Shown here piece by piece: positions 1-10,203 of a DNA stretch of 64,000 nt; position 1 is the first letter of the stretch; each line of letters opens with the position of its first letter. The position numbers were made by a program, and so were the translations under genes. The DNA is from an uncultured candidate division Zixibacteria bacterium (GTDB lineage Bacteria > Zixibacteria > MSB-5A5 > GN15 > PGXB01). The notes below the pieces were generated by a model. The model worked only from the letters and a program-made list of their open reading frames with translations. It was not told where the DNA came from and ran no database searches. Location of the stretch: positions 960,001-1,024,000 of the forward strand of contig OY969724.1 in assembly GCA_963702205.1 (NCBI GenBank). Reading direction: 5' to 3'.

Positions 1-32
1 CGCGGCCGGGATGAAAAGGAAAGAGCAATAGC

Positions 33-287
33 ATGTGCATCGCGGTACCGGGACAGATTAAATCGATTGAAGGTGACAACCCGATCGAGCTTCGCGGCGC
101 GGTCGATTTCGGCGGTGTCGAGCGGGAAGTCATACTGTCGTTCGTTCCGGAATCGAAAATCGGCGACTGGGTGCTGGTGCACGCCGGGTTTGCTATAACC
201 GTTATAGACCAAGACAGCGCGCGGCAGACTCTTCGCGAATTCGACCGGATACTGGGCGAGTCCGGCCCCGACGGAGACGCAGGATGA
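33..287 (+). CDS. hypC: [NiFe]-hydrogenase maturation chaperone HypC
   Basis: N-terminal MCIAVPG motif and VLVHAGFA; directly upstream of hypD. Confidence 0.97.
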   Translation: MCIAVPGQIKSIEGDNPIELRGAVDFGGVEREVILSFVPESKIGDWVLVHAGFAITVIDQDSARQTLREFDRILGESGPDGDAG

Positions 288-1378
288 AATTTATCGACGA
301 ATATCGCGACGCCGATGCTGTCAAAAGACTGGCCGACAAGACGGCGTCGGTCGTAACGCGCGACTGGACGCTGATGGAAATATGCGGCGGACAGACGCAC
401 GCCATAGTGCGTTTCGGTATCGACGAACTCCTGCCCGATTCTGTGACGCTGGTGCACGGTCCCGGCTGCCCGGTGTGTGTGACGTCGGCGGCAACCATCG
501 ACACGGCTCTGGATCTGGCCGCACGGACCGATGTTATTTTCTGCTCGTTCGGAGATATGCTCCGGGTTCCGGGTTCACGAAAAGACCTGCTCACGGTTCG
601 GGCCGAGGGCGGCGACGTGCGCACGGTTTATTCGCCGGTCGATGCCCTGACAATCGCAAAAGACAATCCCGATAAAAAGGTCGTATTCTTTGCTATCGGT
701 TTTGAAACGACCGCCCCGACTACGGCCATGGCGGTTTACCGCGCCGCACAAGAGAGTATTACCAATTATTCACTGCTGGTCTCGCACGTTCTGGTGATTC
801 CGGCGATGGAGTCGATATTATCGTCACCGGAGGCATCAATCGACGGTTTCCTCGCGGCCGGACATGTTTGTACGGTTACGGGGTACAATGCTTATCATGC
901 GGTCACACGGAAGTACGACACACCGATAGTCGTGACCGGGTTCGAGCCGCTTGATCTAATGCGTGGAATTTACGCCTGTGTTTGTCAGCTCGAAGCGGGC
1001 ACAAGCGAAGTTGACAATCAGTACTCGCGGGCGGTGAAGCCGGAGGGCAATCTTTCGGCCCTGAAAATGATAGAGACTGTTTTTGAAACATGCGACCGCG
1101 AGTGGCGCGGACTGGGGACAATCCCCTCCAGCGGCCTAAAACTCAAGCGGGAATATGCGCAGCACGACGCCGAATTGATATTCGATCTGAAACCATCGGC
1201 TCCGGAAGAATCCACTATTTGTATCAGCGGAAGAATCCTTCAGGGAGCGGCCAAGCCGCCGGAGTGCCCGGCTTTCGGGACACAGTGCACCCCGGAACAC
1301 CCGCTCGGTGCAACCATGGTATCGTCGGAGGGCGCCTGCGCCGCATATTATAAGTACCGCCTGTTGAGCAAGGGATGA
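284..1378 (+). CDS. hypD: Hydrogenase maturation protein HypD
   Basis: [21 protein letters not shown] and [12 protein letters not shown] motifs. Confidence 0.98.
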   Translation: MKFIDEYRDADAVKRLADKTASVVTRDWTLMEICGGQTHAIVRFGIDELLPDSVTLVHGPGCPVCVTSAATIDTALDLAARTDVIFCSFGDMLRVPGSRKDLLTVRAEGGDVRTVYSPVDALTIAKDNPDKKVVFFAIGFETTAPTTAMAVYRAAQESITNYSLLVSHVLVIPAMESILSSPEASIDGFLAAGHVCTVTGYNAYHAVTRKYDTPIVVTGFEPLDLMRGIYACVCQLEAGTSEVDNQYSRAVKPEGNLSALKMIETVFETCDREWRGLGTIPSSGLKLKREYAQHDAELIFDLKPSAPEESTICISGRILQGAAKPPECPAFGTQCTPEHPLGATMVSSEGACAAYYKYRLLSKG

Positions 1379-1394
1379 AAGTACAGGAACCGTT

Positions 1395-2450
1395 ATGACC
1401 CAGGATAAAACATCCGGCCCGGCCTGCCCGATTCCGATTTCCGAGTATCCGGTGGTACTGCTGGCCCACGGCGGCGGCGGGACTCTGACCGGCCAACTTA
1501 TCGACAAGCTGTTTATGACGGCTTTTGATTCACCGCAGCTTAAAGCCAAAACCGATTCGGCACTTTTAACAGTCGAGACCGGGAAACTGGCTTTCACGAC
1601 CGACAGTTTTGTGGTTTCGCCGCTGTTTTTTCCGGGGGGCAATATCGGATCGCTGGCCGTGCACGGGACAATAAACGATCTGGCCACGTCCGGAGCGAAG
1701 CCGCTGTATTTGAGCGCGGGGTTTATAATCGAAGAGGGGCTGGTTATGACGACGCTGTGGGATATTGTCGTCTCGATGGCCGAAGCCGCCAGGGCCGCAG
1801 GAGTTTCGATTGTCACCGGAGATACAAAAGTGGTCGAGCGTGGTAAATGTGACGGGGTTTATATAAATACCAGCGGGGTTGGGGTGATCGAGCACGATAT
1901 GAATATCGGACCGTCGCAGATTTGTTCCGGTGACACGATAATTATCAACGGCGATATCGGTCGTCACGGGATGGCGATCATGGCGGCCAGAGAAAGCCTC
2001 GGTTTTAGGAGCAGAATAGAAAGCGATGCGGCATCATTGTCGCCAATGGTACAAACGCTGATTGAAGAGGGTATTGAAATTCACTGCCTGCGGGACCTGA
2101 CACGCGGCGGACTGGCCAGCGCCGCCAATGAACTGGCTTCAGCTGCCGGAGTGACAATCGAGCTCGAGGAATCCCGAATCCCGGTCGACAGCACGGTCGC
2201 CGGATTCTGTGAGGTGCTGGGAATCGACGTTTATCATTCGGCCTGCGAAGGCCGGATGATGATAATTCTTCCTGAAAAAGAAGCCTCTTGCTGCCTGAAA
2301 ATCCTGAAGAAAAGCGACTTCGGACGAAACAGCACAATAATTGGACGAGTTACCGATCCGAAATCGGCCCCGGCAGTTTTGGTCAGTGCGGTGGGGACGC
2401 GGCGGGTTTTGTCGATGTTGTCCGGAGAACAGCTCCCGCGAATCTGCTAA
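1395..2450 (+). CDS. hypE: Carbamoyl dehydratase HypE
   Basis: AHGGGG, GTINDL, GDTKVV, DLTRGG and C-terminal PRIC. Confidence 0.98.
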   Translation: MTQDKTSGPACPIPISEYPVVLLAHGGGGTLTGQLIDKLFMTAFDSPQLKAKTDSALLTVETGKLAFTTDSFVVSPLFFPGGNIGSLAVHGTINDLATSGAKPLYLSAGFIIEEGLVMTTLWDIVVSMAEAARAAGVSIVTGDTKVVERGKCDGVYINTSGVGVIEHDMNIGPSQICSGDTIIINGDIGRHGMAIMAARESLGFRSRIESDAASLSPMVQTLIEEGIEIHCLRDLTRGGLASAANELASAAGVTIELEESRIPVDSTVAGFCEVLGIDVYHSACEGRMMIILPEKEASCCLKILKKSDFGRNSTIIGRVTDPKSAPAVLVSAVGTRRVLSMLSGEQLPRIC

Positions 2451-2479
2451 TTCCACCCTCGCTTTTCATCATTTGTGCT

Positions 2480-2509
2480 TTGACATTGAAATAAACATTT
2501 TCATATTAT
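2480..2509 (+). promoter_or_regulatory. Putative sigma70 promoter of the folE/pterin operon
   Basis: TTGACA (2480-2485), 18-nt spacer, TATTAT (2504-2509) in an AT-rich gap. Confidence 0.55.
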
Positions 2510-2549
2510 TTATTGTTGATATCATAAACCCGACAGGCAGGAATTATTT

Positions 2550-3101
2550 ATGACAAAACTCGAACAGCTATATCGTGAAATATTGATGGAAATCGGCGAA
2601 GATCCCGACCGCGAAGGTCTCAGGGATACTCCCCGCCGGGCGGCCAAAGCTCTGCAGTTCGTCACCCGGGGCTACAACGAAGATATAGACAAACTTGTCA
2701 ACAACGCCGTCTTCGAATCGAGCGCCAAGCAGCTGGTAATTGTCAAAAATATCGAGCTTTATTCGATGTGTGAGCATCACCTGCTGCCGTTTATCGGCAA
2801 GGCGCACGTCGGGTACATTCCCAACGGCAAAGTGCTGGGGCTGTCGAAAGTGGCCCGCCTGGTCGATGCCTTCGGGCGGCGGCTGCAAATTCAAGAAGAA
2901 TTGACCCGCCAGATTGCCGAGACCGTGCAGAAGTACACCGATGCCATCGGTGTCGGGGTCGTGATCGAAGCCCAGCACCTGTGCATGATGATGCGCGGGG
3001 TGGAAAAGCAGAATTCGGTCATGACGACGTCGTGCGTCCTGGGTGAACTGCACGATGACCCGGAGACGCGGGCTGAGTTTTTGAAACTCGTCTACGGTTA
3101 G
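2550..3101 (+). CDS. folE: GTP cyclohydrolase I
   Basis: [28 protein letters not shown] and HLCMMMRG motifs. Confidence 0.98.
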   Translation: MTKLEQLYREILMEIGEDPDREGLRDTPRRAAKALQFVTRGYNEDIDKLVNNAVFESSAKQLVIVKNIELYSMCEHHLLPFIGKAHVGYIPNGKVLGLSKVARLVDAFGRRLQIQEELTRQIAETVQKYTDAIGVGVVIEAQHLCMMMRGVEKQNSVMTTSCVLGELHDDPETRAEFLKLVYG

Positions 3102-3103
3102 TT

Positions 3104-4342
3104 ATGAGCTATTTGACTCTAAGCAAAAGATTCGAGCTGTCGCTGTCGTACCGTTATCGCAACGGTGCGCTGGGCGAGGCCGCCAACCGAGAGTTGTTCG
3201 GTGATAAGTACGGCACCGCGAACGGTTACGGCGGCAACTGGACGGCTTTTTTCATTTTCGACGGTTCGGTCGATCCCGACACGGGCATGATGCTCAATAT
3301 ATCGACGGTCAAAGAACGAATCGGGCGTCTTCTGACGCAGCGCTACGACCATAAGTACCTGAACCAGAACACGCCGCCGTTTGACAGTATCGTCCCGACT
3401 CCGGAGAACGTGGCGCTGCAAATGTTTTCCGATGCCTCCGGGCTTTTCGGGGTTATACCGGACCGGCGTCTGGCGGCCTGTCACTTGGCGTGCTCACCGT
3501 ACGACGGAGCCACGGCCTACGGCGACGGGCGGGTCGAACGGCATTACTGGCTGGAATTTTCAGCCGCGCGCCGGACTTTCTCACCGCATCTGACCGACGA
3601 AGAGAACCGTCAGCTATTTGGTATCGCGTCGACCGCGTCCGGCCATGGTCACTATTATAGATTGCGGGTGACGCTGCACGGTTCTGTTGACGGCGAAAGC
3701 GGGATGATCTTTCCCGAGCGCGAAGCCGAGAGCTACCTCGATGAACTGAAAGACTTGCTGGATCATAAAAATCTCAATAAAGACGTGCGAGAACTGTCCG
3801 AAAAACCGATGACGACCGAGTGCCTGGCGCAGTATTTCTTCGCGCGTCTGAGCCGCAATATGCCGGTCGCGCGTGTCCGGCTCTGGGAGAACCCGTACTT
3901 TTTCGCAGAGTACCATGCCGGGAATTATCATATGCTCGGTCTGAAAGACTCGTTTCAGGCCGCGCACCGTCTGCACTGTGCATCATTGAACGACGAGAAA
4001 AACCGCGAAATATTCGGTAAGTGCAACAATCCGGCCGGGCACGGACATCGGTACATAATCGAGGCGACGCTCAACGGTGAACTCGACGAAAAAACCGGGA
4101 TACTTTTCCCTCTGTCCGACTTTCAGAATGCACTCAAAGGAGCCGTTGCGGACTGGCATTATAAGCATCTCGACCTCGACACCGAGGAATTCCGCGATTG
4201 TGTTTCGACCGGGGAAAATATCGTGTGCAAGCTGTGCCCCAAAATTGAAAATGGGCTGGGCCGGGATCTGTCGCGGTTGCGCCTTTGGGAAACGCCCAAC
4301 AACCGCTTCACTCTTCGCAAAAACACACCGGAGATTAAATGA
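3104..4342 (+). CDS. 6-pyruvoyl-tetrahydropterin synthase family protein with three tandem T-fold domains
   Basis: Three ~135-aa repeats (N-R-x-x-FG, G-x-V/L-D..G, D/H-H/Y-K-x-L, T-x-E); only repeat 3 has AAHRL..GKCNNPAGHGH..WETP. Confidence 0.9.
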   Translation: MSYLTLSKRFELSLSYRYRNGALGEAANRELFGDKYGTANGYGGNWTAFFIFDGSVDPDTGMMLNISTVKERIGRLLTQRYDHKYLNQNTPPFDSIVPTPENVALQMFSDASGLFGVIPDRRLAACHLACSPYDGATAYGDGRVERHYWLEFSAARRTFSPHLTDEENRQLFGIASTASGHGHYYRLRVTLHGSVDGESGMIFPEREAESYLDELKDLLDHKNLNKDVRELSEKPMTTECLAQYFFARLSRNMPVARVRLWENPYFFAEYHAGNYHMLGLKDSFQAAHRLHCASLNDEKNREIFGKCNNPAGHGHRYIIEATLNGELDEKTGILFPLSDFQNALKGAVADWHYKHLDLDTEEFRDCVSTGENIVCKLCPKIENGLGRDLSRLRLWETPNNRFTLRKNTPEIK

Positions 4343-5046
4343 ATAAGTCGGTAATACGAAGAATACTGATAACCGGTGCCAGCGGTGGAATCGGACGGGC
4401 GGTAGCCGAGGCGTTGGCCGGTCCGGATGCGGAACTGGTTTTGCACGGCCGCAAACAATCCATGCTGAATGAACTGGCCGGGAAAATAAACTCACACAGC
4501 GGACAGAGCAGGATTGCAGCAGCTGACTTAAGTACAGTTGACGGTATTTATTCGCTAATAGATCAAGTCGGCCCCGGTCGAATCGATATCGTCATTCATG
4601 CGGCCGGAGTGGCATTTGTAGATGATATTGAAATGATAAAACCCGAAGAGTGGCAGAGGTCGCTCGATATAAATGTCACCGCGCCTTATCTGATCACTCA
4701 AAAACTGCTGCCGTCCATGCCCGAGGGTGGATCAATTGTGTTTTTGCTGTCGGTTGCGGCCAAAACGGCATTTCCGTCGTGGGGGGCATATTGCACGAGC
4801 AAATTCGCTCTGGAAGGATTTTCTCAGGTGCTCAGAGAGGAGCTTCGGCCCCGGAAGATTCGTGTAATCAATATCTATCCGGCGGCTGCGGCGACCGAAA
4901 TCTGGGACAACATTCCCGGTCAATGGTCAAAGGAAAATATGCTGAGTCCGGATAGCGTCGCGGATGCGATCAAGTACGCTCTGGCGCAAGGGCCTTCGAC
5001 GGCCGTCGAAAATATCAGTCTCGGAAATATTCACGGCAACCAGTAG
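4339..5046 (+). CDS. Short-chain dehydrogenase/reductase (candidate pterin/sepiapterin reductase)
   Basis: TGASGGIG and YCTSK motifs; 4-nt overlap with the PTPS gene; substrate inferred from context only. Confidence 0.85.
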   Translation: MNKSVIRRILITGASGGIGRAVAEALAGPDAELVLHGRKQSMLNELAGKINSHSGQSRIAAADLSTVDGIYSLIDQVGPGRIDIVIHAAGVAFVDDIEMIKPEEWQRSLDINVTAPYLITQKLLPSMPEGGSIVFLLSVAAKTAFPSWGAYCTSKFALEGFSQVLREELRPRKIRVINIYPAAAATEIWDNIPGQWSKENMLSPDSVADAIKYALAQGPSTAVENISLGNIHGNQ

Positions 5047-5057
5047 AAGAATTCTTA

Positions 5058-5387
5058 TCAGTTTATCTCATCGATCTTTTTGGCGATGATAAAATCGTTT
5101 AGCGACAGGCCCCCGATGGCGTGGGTCCAGAGGGTGATTTTGACTTTGTTCCAGCCGTGCAGGAAAATATCCGGGTGATGGCCCTCGCCTTCGGCTATGG
5201 CTCCGACGTTGTTCACGAATTCCAGGGCCTGCGCGAAATCTTTGAATTTATAAAGCCGCTCGATCATTTTGTTGTCCACCACGCTCCATTCCGGGACCTG
5301 ATCGAGATAATTTCCGAATTGTGGTGGTGTCAGCGGGGCAACTCCGCCTTCGCACGGTTCACATTTTTTTTGGGCTAAGTCTTCCAT
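5058..5387 (-). CDS. phhB: Pterin-4-alpha-carbinolamine dehydratase
   Basis: CEPCEGG N-terminus, AEGEGHHPDI, WTHAIGGLSLNDF. Confidence 0.95.
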   Translation of the reverse strand: MEDLAQKKCEPCEGGVAPLTPPQFGNYLDQVPEWSVVDNKMIERLYKFKDFAQALEFVNNVGAIAEGEGHHPDIFLHGWNKVKITLWTHAIGGLSLNDFIIAKKIDEIN

Positions 5388-5470
5388 AATACCGCCTTTC
5401 GTTTCCTTGTCCGTGTTCTATTCAACGTCAAGTCTGCGGCGGCGGTTCCCCGCGATGAAAAAGACGCAAT

Positions 5471-5884
5471 TTACGATTGATAGAGCATGAAGTACACGGC
5501 AATTCCGCTCAGCGAGACAAACATCCACACCGGCCAGAGAAAGCGGGTAATGCGTGTATGATTGGTGAAATTGGCTTTGAGAGCGTACCATACGGCGGCG
5601 AGGATAAACGGCACCATCAGTCCAGCCAGTATCACATGTGGGATGAGAATTGTAAAGTATACCGGGCGGGTCCAGTCGTGGTACGGGTACGGCACCGACC
5701 CGACCTGGTAGTGATAAATCAAATATGAAATAAAAAACAGGGCCGACGACACCAGGGCCGCCAGCATATATTTCTTGTGCACGTCGGGCCGCCGTTTCTT
5801 GATATAAACAAATCCCAGCGTCAGCAGCACCGCGCTGATGAAATTAAGCGTTGCATTAATTGCCGGAAGGTCGGTGACGCTCAT
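5471..5884 (-). CDS. DUF420 (CtaM/YozB-like) membrane protein
   Basis: LPAINATLN, HKKYM, H..LA and W..VS..G motifs; last gene of the oxidase cluster. Confidence 0.88.
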   Translation of the reverse strand: MSVTDLPAINATLNFISAVLLTLGFVYIKKRRPDVHKKYMLAALVSSALFFISYLIYHYQVGSVPYPYHDWTRPVYFTILIPHVILAGLMVPFILAAVWYALKANFTNHTRITRFLWPVWMFVSLSGIAVYFMLYQS

Positions 5885-6492
5885 TTTGATTCATCGAGAA
5901 GGCGTTTGACGTTACTTTTCAATTTCGCGATGCTGGTGTCGTCGAGGCCGTCGTAATATCCCCGAATCCGACCTTCGGTGTCGATCAGGACGAACCGGGT
6001 GGAGTGGCCCCCCGGAAGTGAGGCTTTGTCGGCGGCGATTTTGAGACCTTGTTCGGAAAACGTGACGAGGCTGTCCATCGATGTGTGCAAAAAGACCCAG
6101 CGATTATCGGTCACTCCCTGGCTTTCGGCATAGGCTTTCAGGACTGATACCGAGTCGTATTCGGGATCAACGGTTACTGATACCAGCTGCACCCTGTCCG
6201 AACCATGAAACAGATTATATAAATCGACAAACTTGGTCGCCATCACCGGGCATGGTCCCTGGCACCGGGTGAAAATAAAATCTATGACAGCCACTTTGCC
6301 TTCAAGGTCGGGTGAACCGAACGGTTGGCCGTCCTGGTCGATGAACTCGAAGGCGGGCAGTTGCCCCAGCACCGGGATTTCGTAGCGTGATTTATCGGCC
6401 CTTGATATCACCCAGTATGCCAGCGTCCCCAACAGGATCAGCGCTGTTATGACGGCGAGAAAGACGCCGGTCAATGATCTTCGTGAATTCAT
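5881..6492 (-). CDS. SCO1/SenC copper chaperone
   Basis: FTRCQGPCP (CxxxC) and HSTRFVLID; start moved to ATG 6492 (ATGA overlap with ctaA stop). Confidence 0.93.
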   Translation of the reverse strand: MNSRRSLTGVFLAVITALILLGTLAYWVISRADKSRYEIPVLGQLPAFEFIDQDGQPFGSPDLEGKVAVIDFIFTRCQGPCPVMATKFVDLYNLFHGSDRVQLVSVTVDPEYDSVSVLKAYAESQGVTDNRWVFLHTSMDSLVTFSEQGLKIAADKASLPGGHSTRFVLIDTEGRIRGYYDGLDDTSIAKLKSNVKRLLDESK

Positions 6493-7418
6493 GGTGCAGC
6501 CTCCACGGGTTTGGTCGCCACATATAGAAGAAGTGTCAGTCCGGTTATGATTGCGGCCAGCCAGACGTGCAAAACCTGCACTACCGGCGGCAGGCCGCCC
6601 GTATACAAGACGATGCCGAAAATAGTCTGGACGAAGACGAGAACCATAAGGGCCCACGACGTTCTGTGCACGAGCGGCGACGGATTCGAGCTTGCACCCA
6701 GCACACGAGCCGCGATAAACCAGCCGGCGGTAGCAATCGTAATGCCGAGTATGCTGTGAACGTAGCCATACATACCGGCTTCATCCAGCCACGCCTCCGG
6801 TGAAAAGAGCGGATATTTTTCGGCGGCCGTCTCCACGGCCGAGCGAATCTGAGTCCCGAGCACAACCTGAATTAAGACCGCGAGCCAGAGAATCCCCGAC
6901 CACAGGCGCATCCTGGGTGGATAAACATCCTGCCCCGGCGGCGGCGGTGACGTGTTGTAGGCGTGGTATGTTATATATAACAGCAGACTGACAATAATAA
7001 ACGCGATACCCATGTGGGCCGAGACTATCAGCGGCTCCAGCGCCGAAGATACCACCTGGCCGCCCTGCCAGCCCTGGTAGGCGACAAGAATCGCCGCCAC
7101 GATCGACGCGATAAGAATATTCTTTTGCTTTCTGTATTTGGCGATGGCGGTAATGCCGACCGCGGCGATCAGCAGACCGACAATGACACCAATCAGGCGG
7201 TTGACATATTCTATCCAGGCGAGGACGAAGTTGAAATCGGACGGGTCCATATCCGGGGGCAGCTGGCTGACATTGGTCGGCGGTATCCAACGGCCGAAAC
7301 AGTGCGGCCAGTCGGGACAGCCCAGTCCCGCGCCCGAAACGCGCACCAGAGCGCCGACAAAGATCAAAAAGTAAGTGGCGATCAACGCCGCCACGGCCAA
7401 CCGTCGGAATAGGGTCAT
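6489..7418 (-). CDS. ctaA: Heme A synthase (CtaA/COX15)
   Basis: GLGCPDWPHC, IEYVNRL and three further conserved TM His residues. Confidence 0.93.
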   Translation of the reverse strand: MTLFRRLAVAALIATYFLIFVGALVRVSGAGLGCPDWPHCFGRWIPPTNVSQLPPDMDPSDFNFVLAWIEYVNRLIGVIVGLLIAAVGITAIAKYRKQKNILIASIVAAILVAYQGWQGGQVVSSALEPLIVSAHMGIAFIIVSLLLYITYHAYNTSPPPPGQDVYPPRMRLWSGILWLAVLIQVVLGTQIRSAVETAAEKYPLFSPEAWLDEAGMYGYVHSILGITIATAGWFIAARVLGASSNPSPLVHRTSWALMVLVFVQTIFGIVLYTGGLPPVVQVLHVWLAAIITGLTLLLYVATKPVEAAP

Positions 7419-7507
7419 ACTAATTCGCCGGAATAATGTTTGTCTGAATAATTTTATGAGTTTTGAAAACCAAAGGCAACGATAAAAGTCGGGTCGGTTT
7501 TATAATA

Positions 7508-7924
7508 TCAATGTCCATGACCTTCTTCCGGAGCCGGTTCGCCGTGTTCGACCGCGGTCGTATCGACTTTCAGGGAATCGTACATCAGAGAGTTGCTCCG
7601 TATCGGTTTCTCGACTTCCGTATAAATATCCCCTCGACTGAGGACGTCGAAAAATGTCAGGCTCAAAAACAGGGCGAAAAATAATATGGCGGTCATGAAA
7701 ATCATAACATTGATTTTCTTGTCGTACTTCAAATGCATGAAAAACAAAGCGACGAGAGACGCCTTGATCGACGCGATAAACACCGCCGCGACCGCATTCC
7801 AGCCGCCCAGATTGATAAACGAGACGGCCACGGTGATGATCGTCAGGGCTATCAGACAACCGGCCACTATCAGGTAGGTTTTGAGCGGCAGAATTTTGTG
7901 TTGCGTTGCGGCTTCCGAACTCAT
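7508..7924 (-). CDS. ctaF: Cytochrome c oxidase subunit IV family protein
   Basis: KASLVALFFMHLKY motif, 3 TM, operon position. Confidence 0.9.
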   Translation of the reverse strand: MSSEAATQHKILPLKTYLIVAGCLIALTIITVAVSFINLGGWNAVAAVFIASIKASLVALFFMHLKYDKKINVMIFMTAILFFALFLSLTFFDVLSRGDIYTEVEKPIRSNSLMYDSLKVDTTAVEHGEPAPEEGHGH

Positions 7925-7928
7925 CCTT

Positions 7929-8576
7929 TTATCCTATCAAGTACAGCAAGGGGAATAAAAATATCCAGATCATATCGACGAGGTGCCAGTACAGGCCGGT
8001 CAGTTCGATCGGAGTGTAATATTCCGGCGAAAGATCGCCCCGGACGGTTTTTCTCAATATCCAGCCGATAGTGATCATCCCGGCGATGACATGAATCCCG
8101 TGCAGACCGGTCATCAGAAAATATATGCTGAAAAATATGTGCGGGTTGTTGCCCTTTATTCCGGTGAACGTATAGTATTTCCCGGGAAGCTGCCCCATAT
8201 GAAACTTGTGGCTGTATTCGAGATATTTGATTACCAGAAAGGCCGCGGCCAGAATCAGCGTAATCGTCAAAAGCAGCATGGTGCGTTTACGATTCCCGAG
8301 CTGCGTGCTGCGGATCGACAGCGCCATGGTCAGAGAACTCGTTATGAGGACGATCGTGTTGAGGGTCCCCATCCTGACGTCGAGGAATTTATGGGCATTG
8401 TAGAACATATCCGGGTCGGTCGAGCGGTATATGGCGTAGGCCGCGAACAGTCCTCCGAAAAGCAGAATTTCTGTCAGCAGGAAGATCCACATGCCCAGCT
8501 TGGCCGAGTCGAACTGCTGTTCGCTGTCGGCAAAATGGTGCGCCAGGTGCGCCGAATGTTCCGCAGGTGTACTCAT
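7929..8576 (-). CDS. ctaE: Cytochrome c oxidase subunit III
   Basis: GMWIFLLTE, TGLHGIHV and YWHLVD motifs. Confidence 0.96.
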   Translation of the reverse strand: MSTPAEHSAHLAHHFADSEQQFDSAKLGMWIFLLTEILLFGGLFAAYAIYRSTDPDMFYNAHKFLDVRMGTLNTIVLITSSLTMALSIRSTQLGNRKRTMLLLTITLILAAAFLVIKYLEYSHKFHMGQLPGKYYTFTGIKGNNPHIFFSIYFLMTGLHGIHVIAGMITIGWILRKTVRGDLSPEYYTPIELTGLYWHLVDMIWIFLFPLLYLIG

Positions 8577-8577
8577 G

Positions 8578-10203
8578 TTACGGGTATGTCCTCTTTGGTA
8601 CTATTTTATCGTAATCGTACGGGCCGTGCACCAGCACCGGGTCCTTGTCGAAATTGGCTACCGGCGGCGGCGACGTGGATTCCCATTCGAAAGTCAGTGA
8701 GCCCCAGGGATTGTTGCCGGCGATGGGTCCGTGTTTCAAAGAATGGAAGAGGTAGACGGCCATGACGACAAAGCCCAGGCCCAGCACCCAGGAGCCATAG
8801 GATGAAAACGCATGCAGCGGCTGGTACTGATCGAGGTAGCTATAATACCGCCTCGGCATACCTTTGGCGCCGAGGATGAATTGGGTGAAAAAGGTCATGT
8901 TGAAGCCGACAAAGATCAACACCCAGGAAATGAACGCCCATTTTTTGCTGAACATCCGTCCCCACATCTTGGGCCACCAGAAATGTATTCCCCCGAGGAA
9001 GGCCATAACCGTTCCGCCCATCATGACGTAGTGGAAATGCGCGACAACGAAGTATGTGTCGTGCAGGTGGACGTCGACCGCCAGTGTCCCGAGGAAAATT
9101 CCGGTCAGGCCGCCGATCGTGAACAGGAACAGAAAGGCCAGGGTGTACAACATAGGGGCATCGAATCGTAGTTTACCTTTGTACATGGTTGCCAGCCAGT
9201 TGAAAACTTTTATGCCCGACGGGATGCCGACCAGAAACGTCAAGAACGAGAATATCATCGAGGCCAGCTGCGACTGGCCGCTGACGAACATGTGGTGTCC
9301 CCACACGAGGAAGCTTATGAATGCAATCGCCAGCGAGGAGTAGGCAATGGCTTTGTAACCGAATATTTTTTTCTGAGAGAAAGTCGCGACCAGTTCGGAT
9401 ATGATGCCCATGCCGGGCAGAATCATGATATACACGGCCGGGTGCGAATAGAACCAGAAGAAATGCTGGAACAACACCGGGTCGCCGCCCATGGACGGAT
9501 CGAAAATCCCGATCGACAGGACGCGCTCCATGATCAGCAGCAGCAGGGTTATCGCCAGAACCGGTGTCGCCAGTACCTGTATAATGGCGGTGGCGTACAA
9601 TCCCCATACAAAAAGCGGCATCTTATACCAGGTCATTCCCGGCGCTCGCATTTTGTGGATTGTAACAATGAAATTTATGCCCGTAAATATCGAAGAAAAG
9701 CCGAGAATGAACACTCCGAGCGTCATGGCCACGACCGACGTGCTGGTGGTCGTGCTGTACGGCGTATAGAACGTCCAGCCGGTATCGACGCTGCCGAGGT
9801 AGATTGACAGGACCGCCACCAGCGCCCCGACTATGTAGATGTACCAACTGGCGAGGTTCAGTCTGGGGAAGGCCACGTCTTTGGCGCCGATTGTCTGAGG
9901 CAGGACGAAATTACCGAGCGCGGCCGGAATCGATGGAATAATAAACAGGAAGATCATTATGGCGCCGTGGAGGGTGAACAACTGGTTGTAGGTATGGGCA
10001 TCCATAAAATCGCGGCCGGGGTGCAGCAGTTCCAGCCTGACCAACAGGGCGAAGATTCCGCCGACAAAAAAGGCAGCCATGATGCCAAATAGGTACATGA
10101 TCCCGATGCGCTTGTGATCGAGGGTAAACAGCCACGATTTCCATCCTTTGGCTGCGTTCAGATAATGTGTTTCCGGCATTGTATTCATTGGCGATTCCGT
10201 CAC
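8578..10203 (-). CDS. ctaD: Heme-copper oxidase subunit I, type A2
   Basis: [15 protein letters not shown] (YS motif = A2), VWGHH and AHFHY. Confidence 0.98.
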   Translation of the reverse strand: MTESPMNTMPETHYLNAAKGWKSWLFTLDHKRIGIMYLFGIMAAFFVGGIFALLVRLELLHPGRDFMDAHTYNQLFTLHGAIMIFLFIIPSIPAALGNFVLPQTIGAKDVAFPRLNLASWYIYIVGALVAVLSIYLGSVDTGWTFYTPYSTTTSTSVVAMTLGVFILGFSSIFTGINFIVTIHKMRAPGMTWYKMPLFVWGLYATAIIQVLATPVLAITLLLLIMERVLSIGIFDPSMGGDPVLFQHFFWFYSHPAVYIMILPGMGIISELVATFSQKKIFGYKAIAYSSLAIAFISFLVWGHHMFVSGQSQLASMIFSFLTFLVGIPSGIKVFNWLATMYKGKLRFDAPMLYTLAFLFLFTIGGLTGIFLGTLAVDVHLHDTYFVVAHFHYVMMGGTVMAFLGGIHFWWPKMWGRMFSKKWAFISWVLIFVGFNMTFFTQFILGAKGMPRRYYSYLDQYQPLHAFSSYGSWVLGLGFVVMAVYLFHSLKHGPIAGNNPWGSLTFEWESTSPPPVANFDKDPVLVHGPYDYDKIVPKRTYP

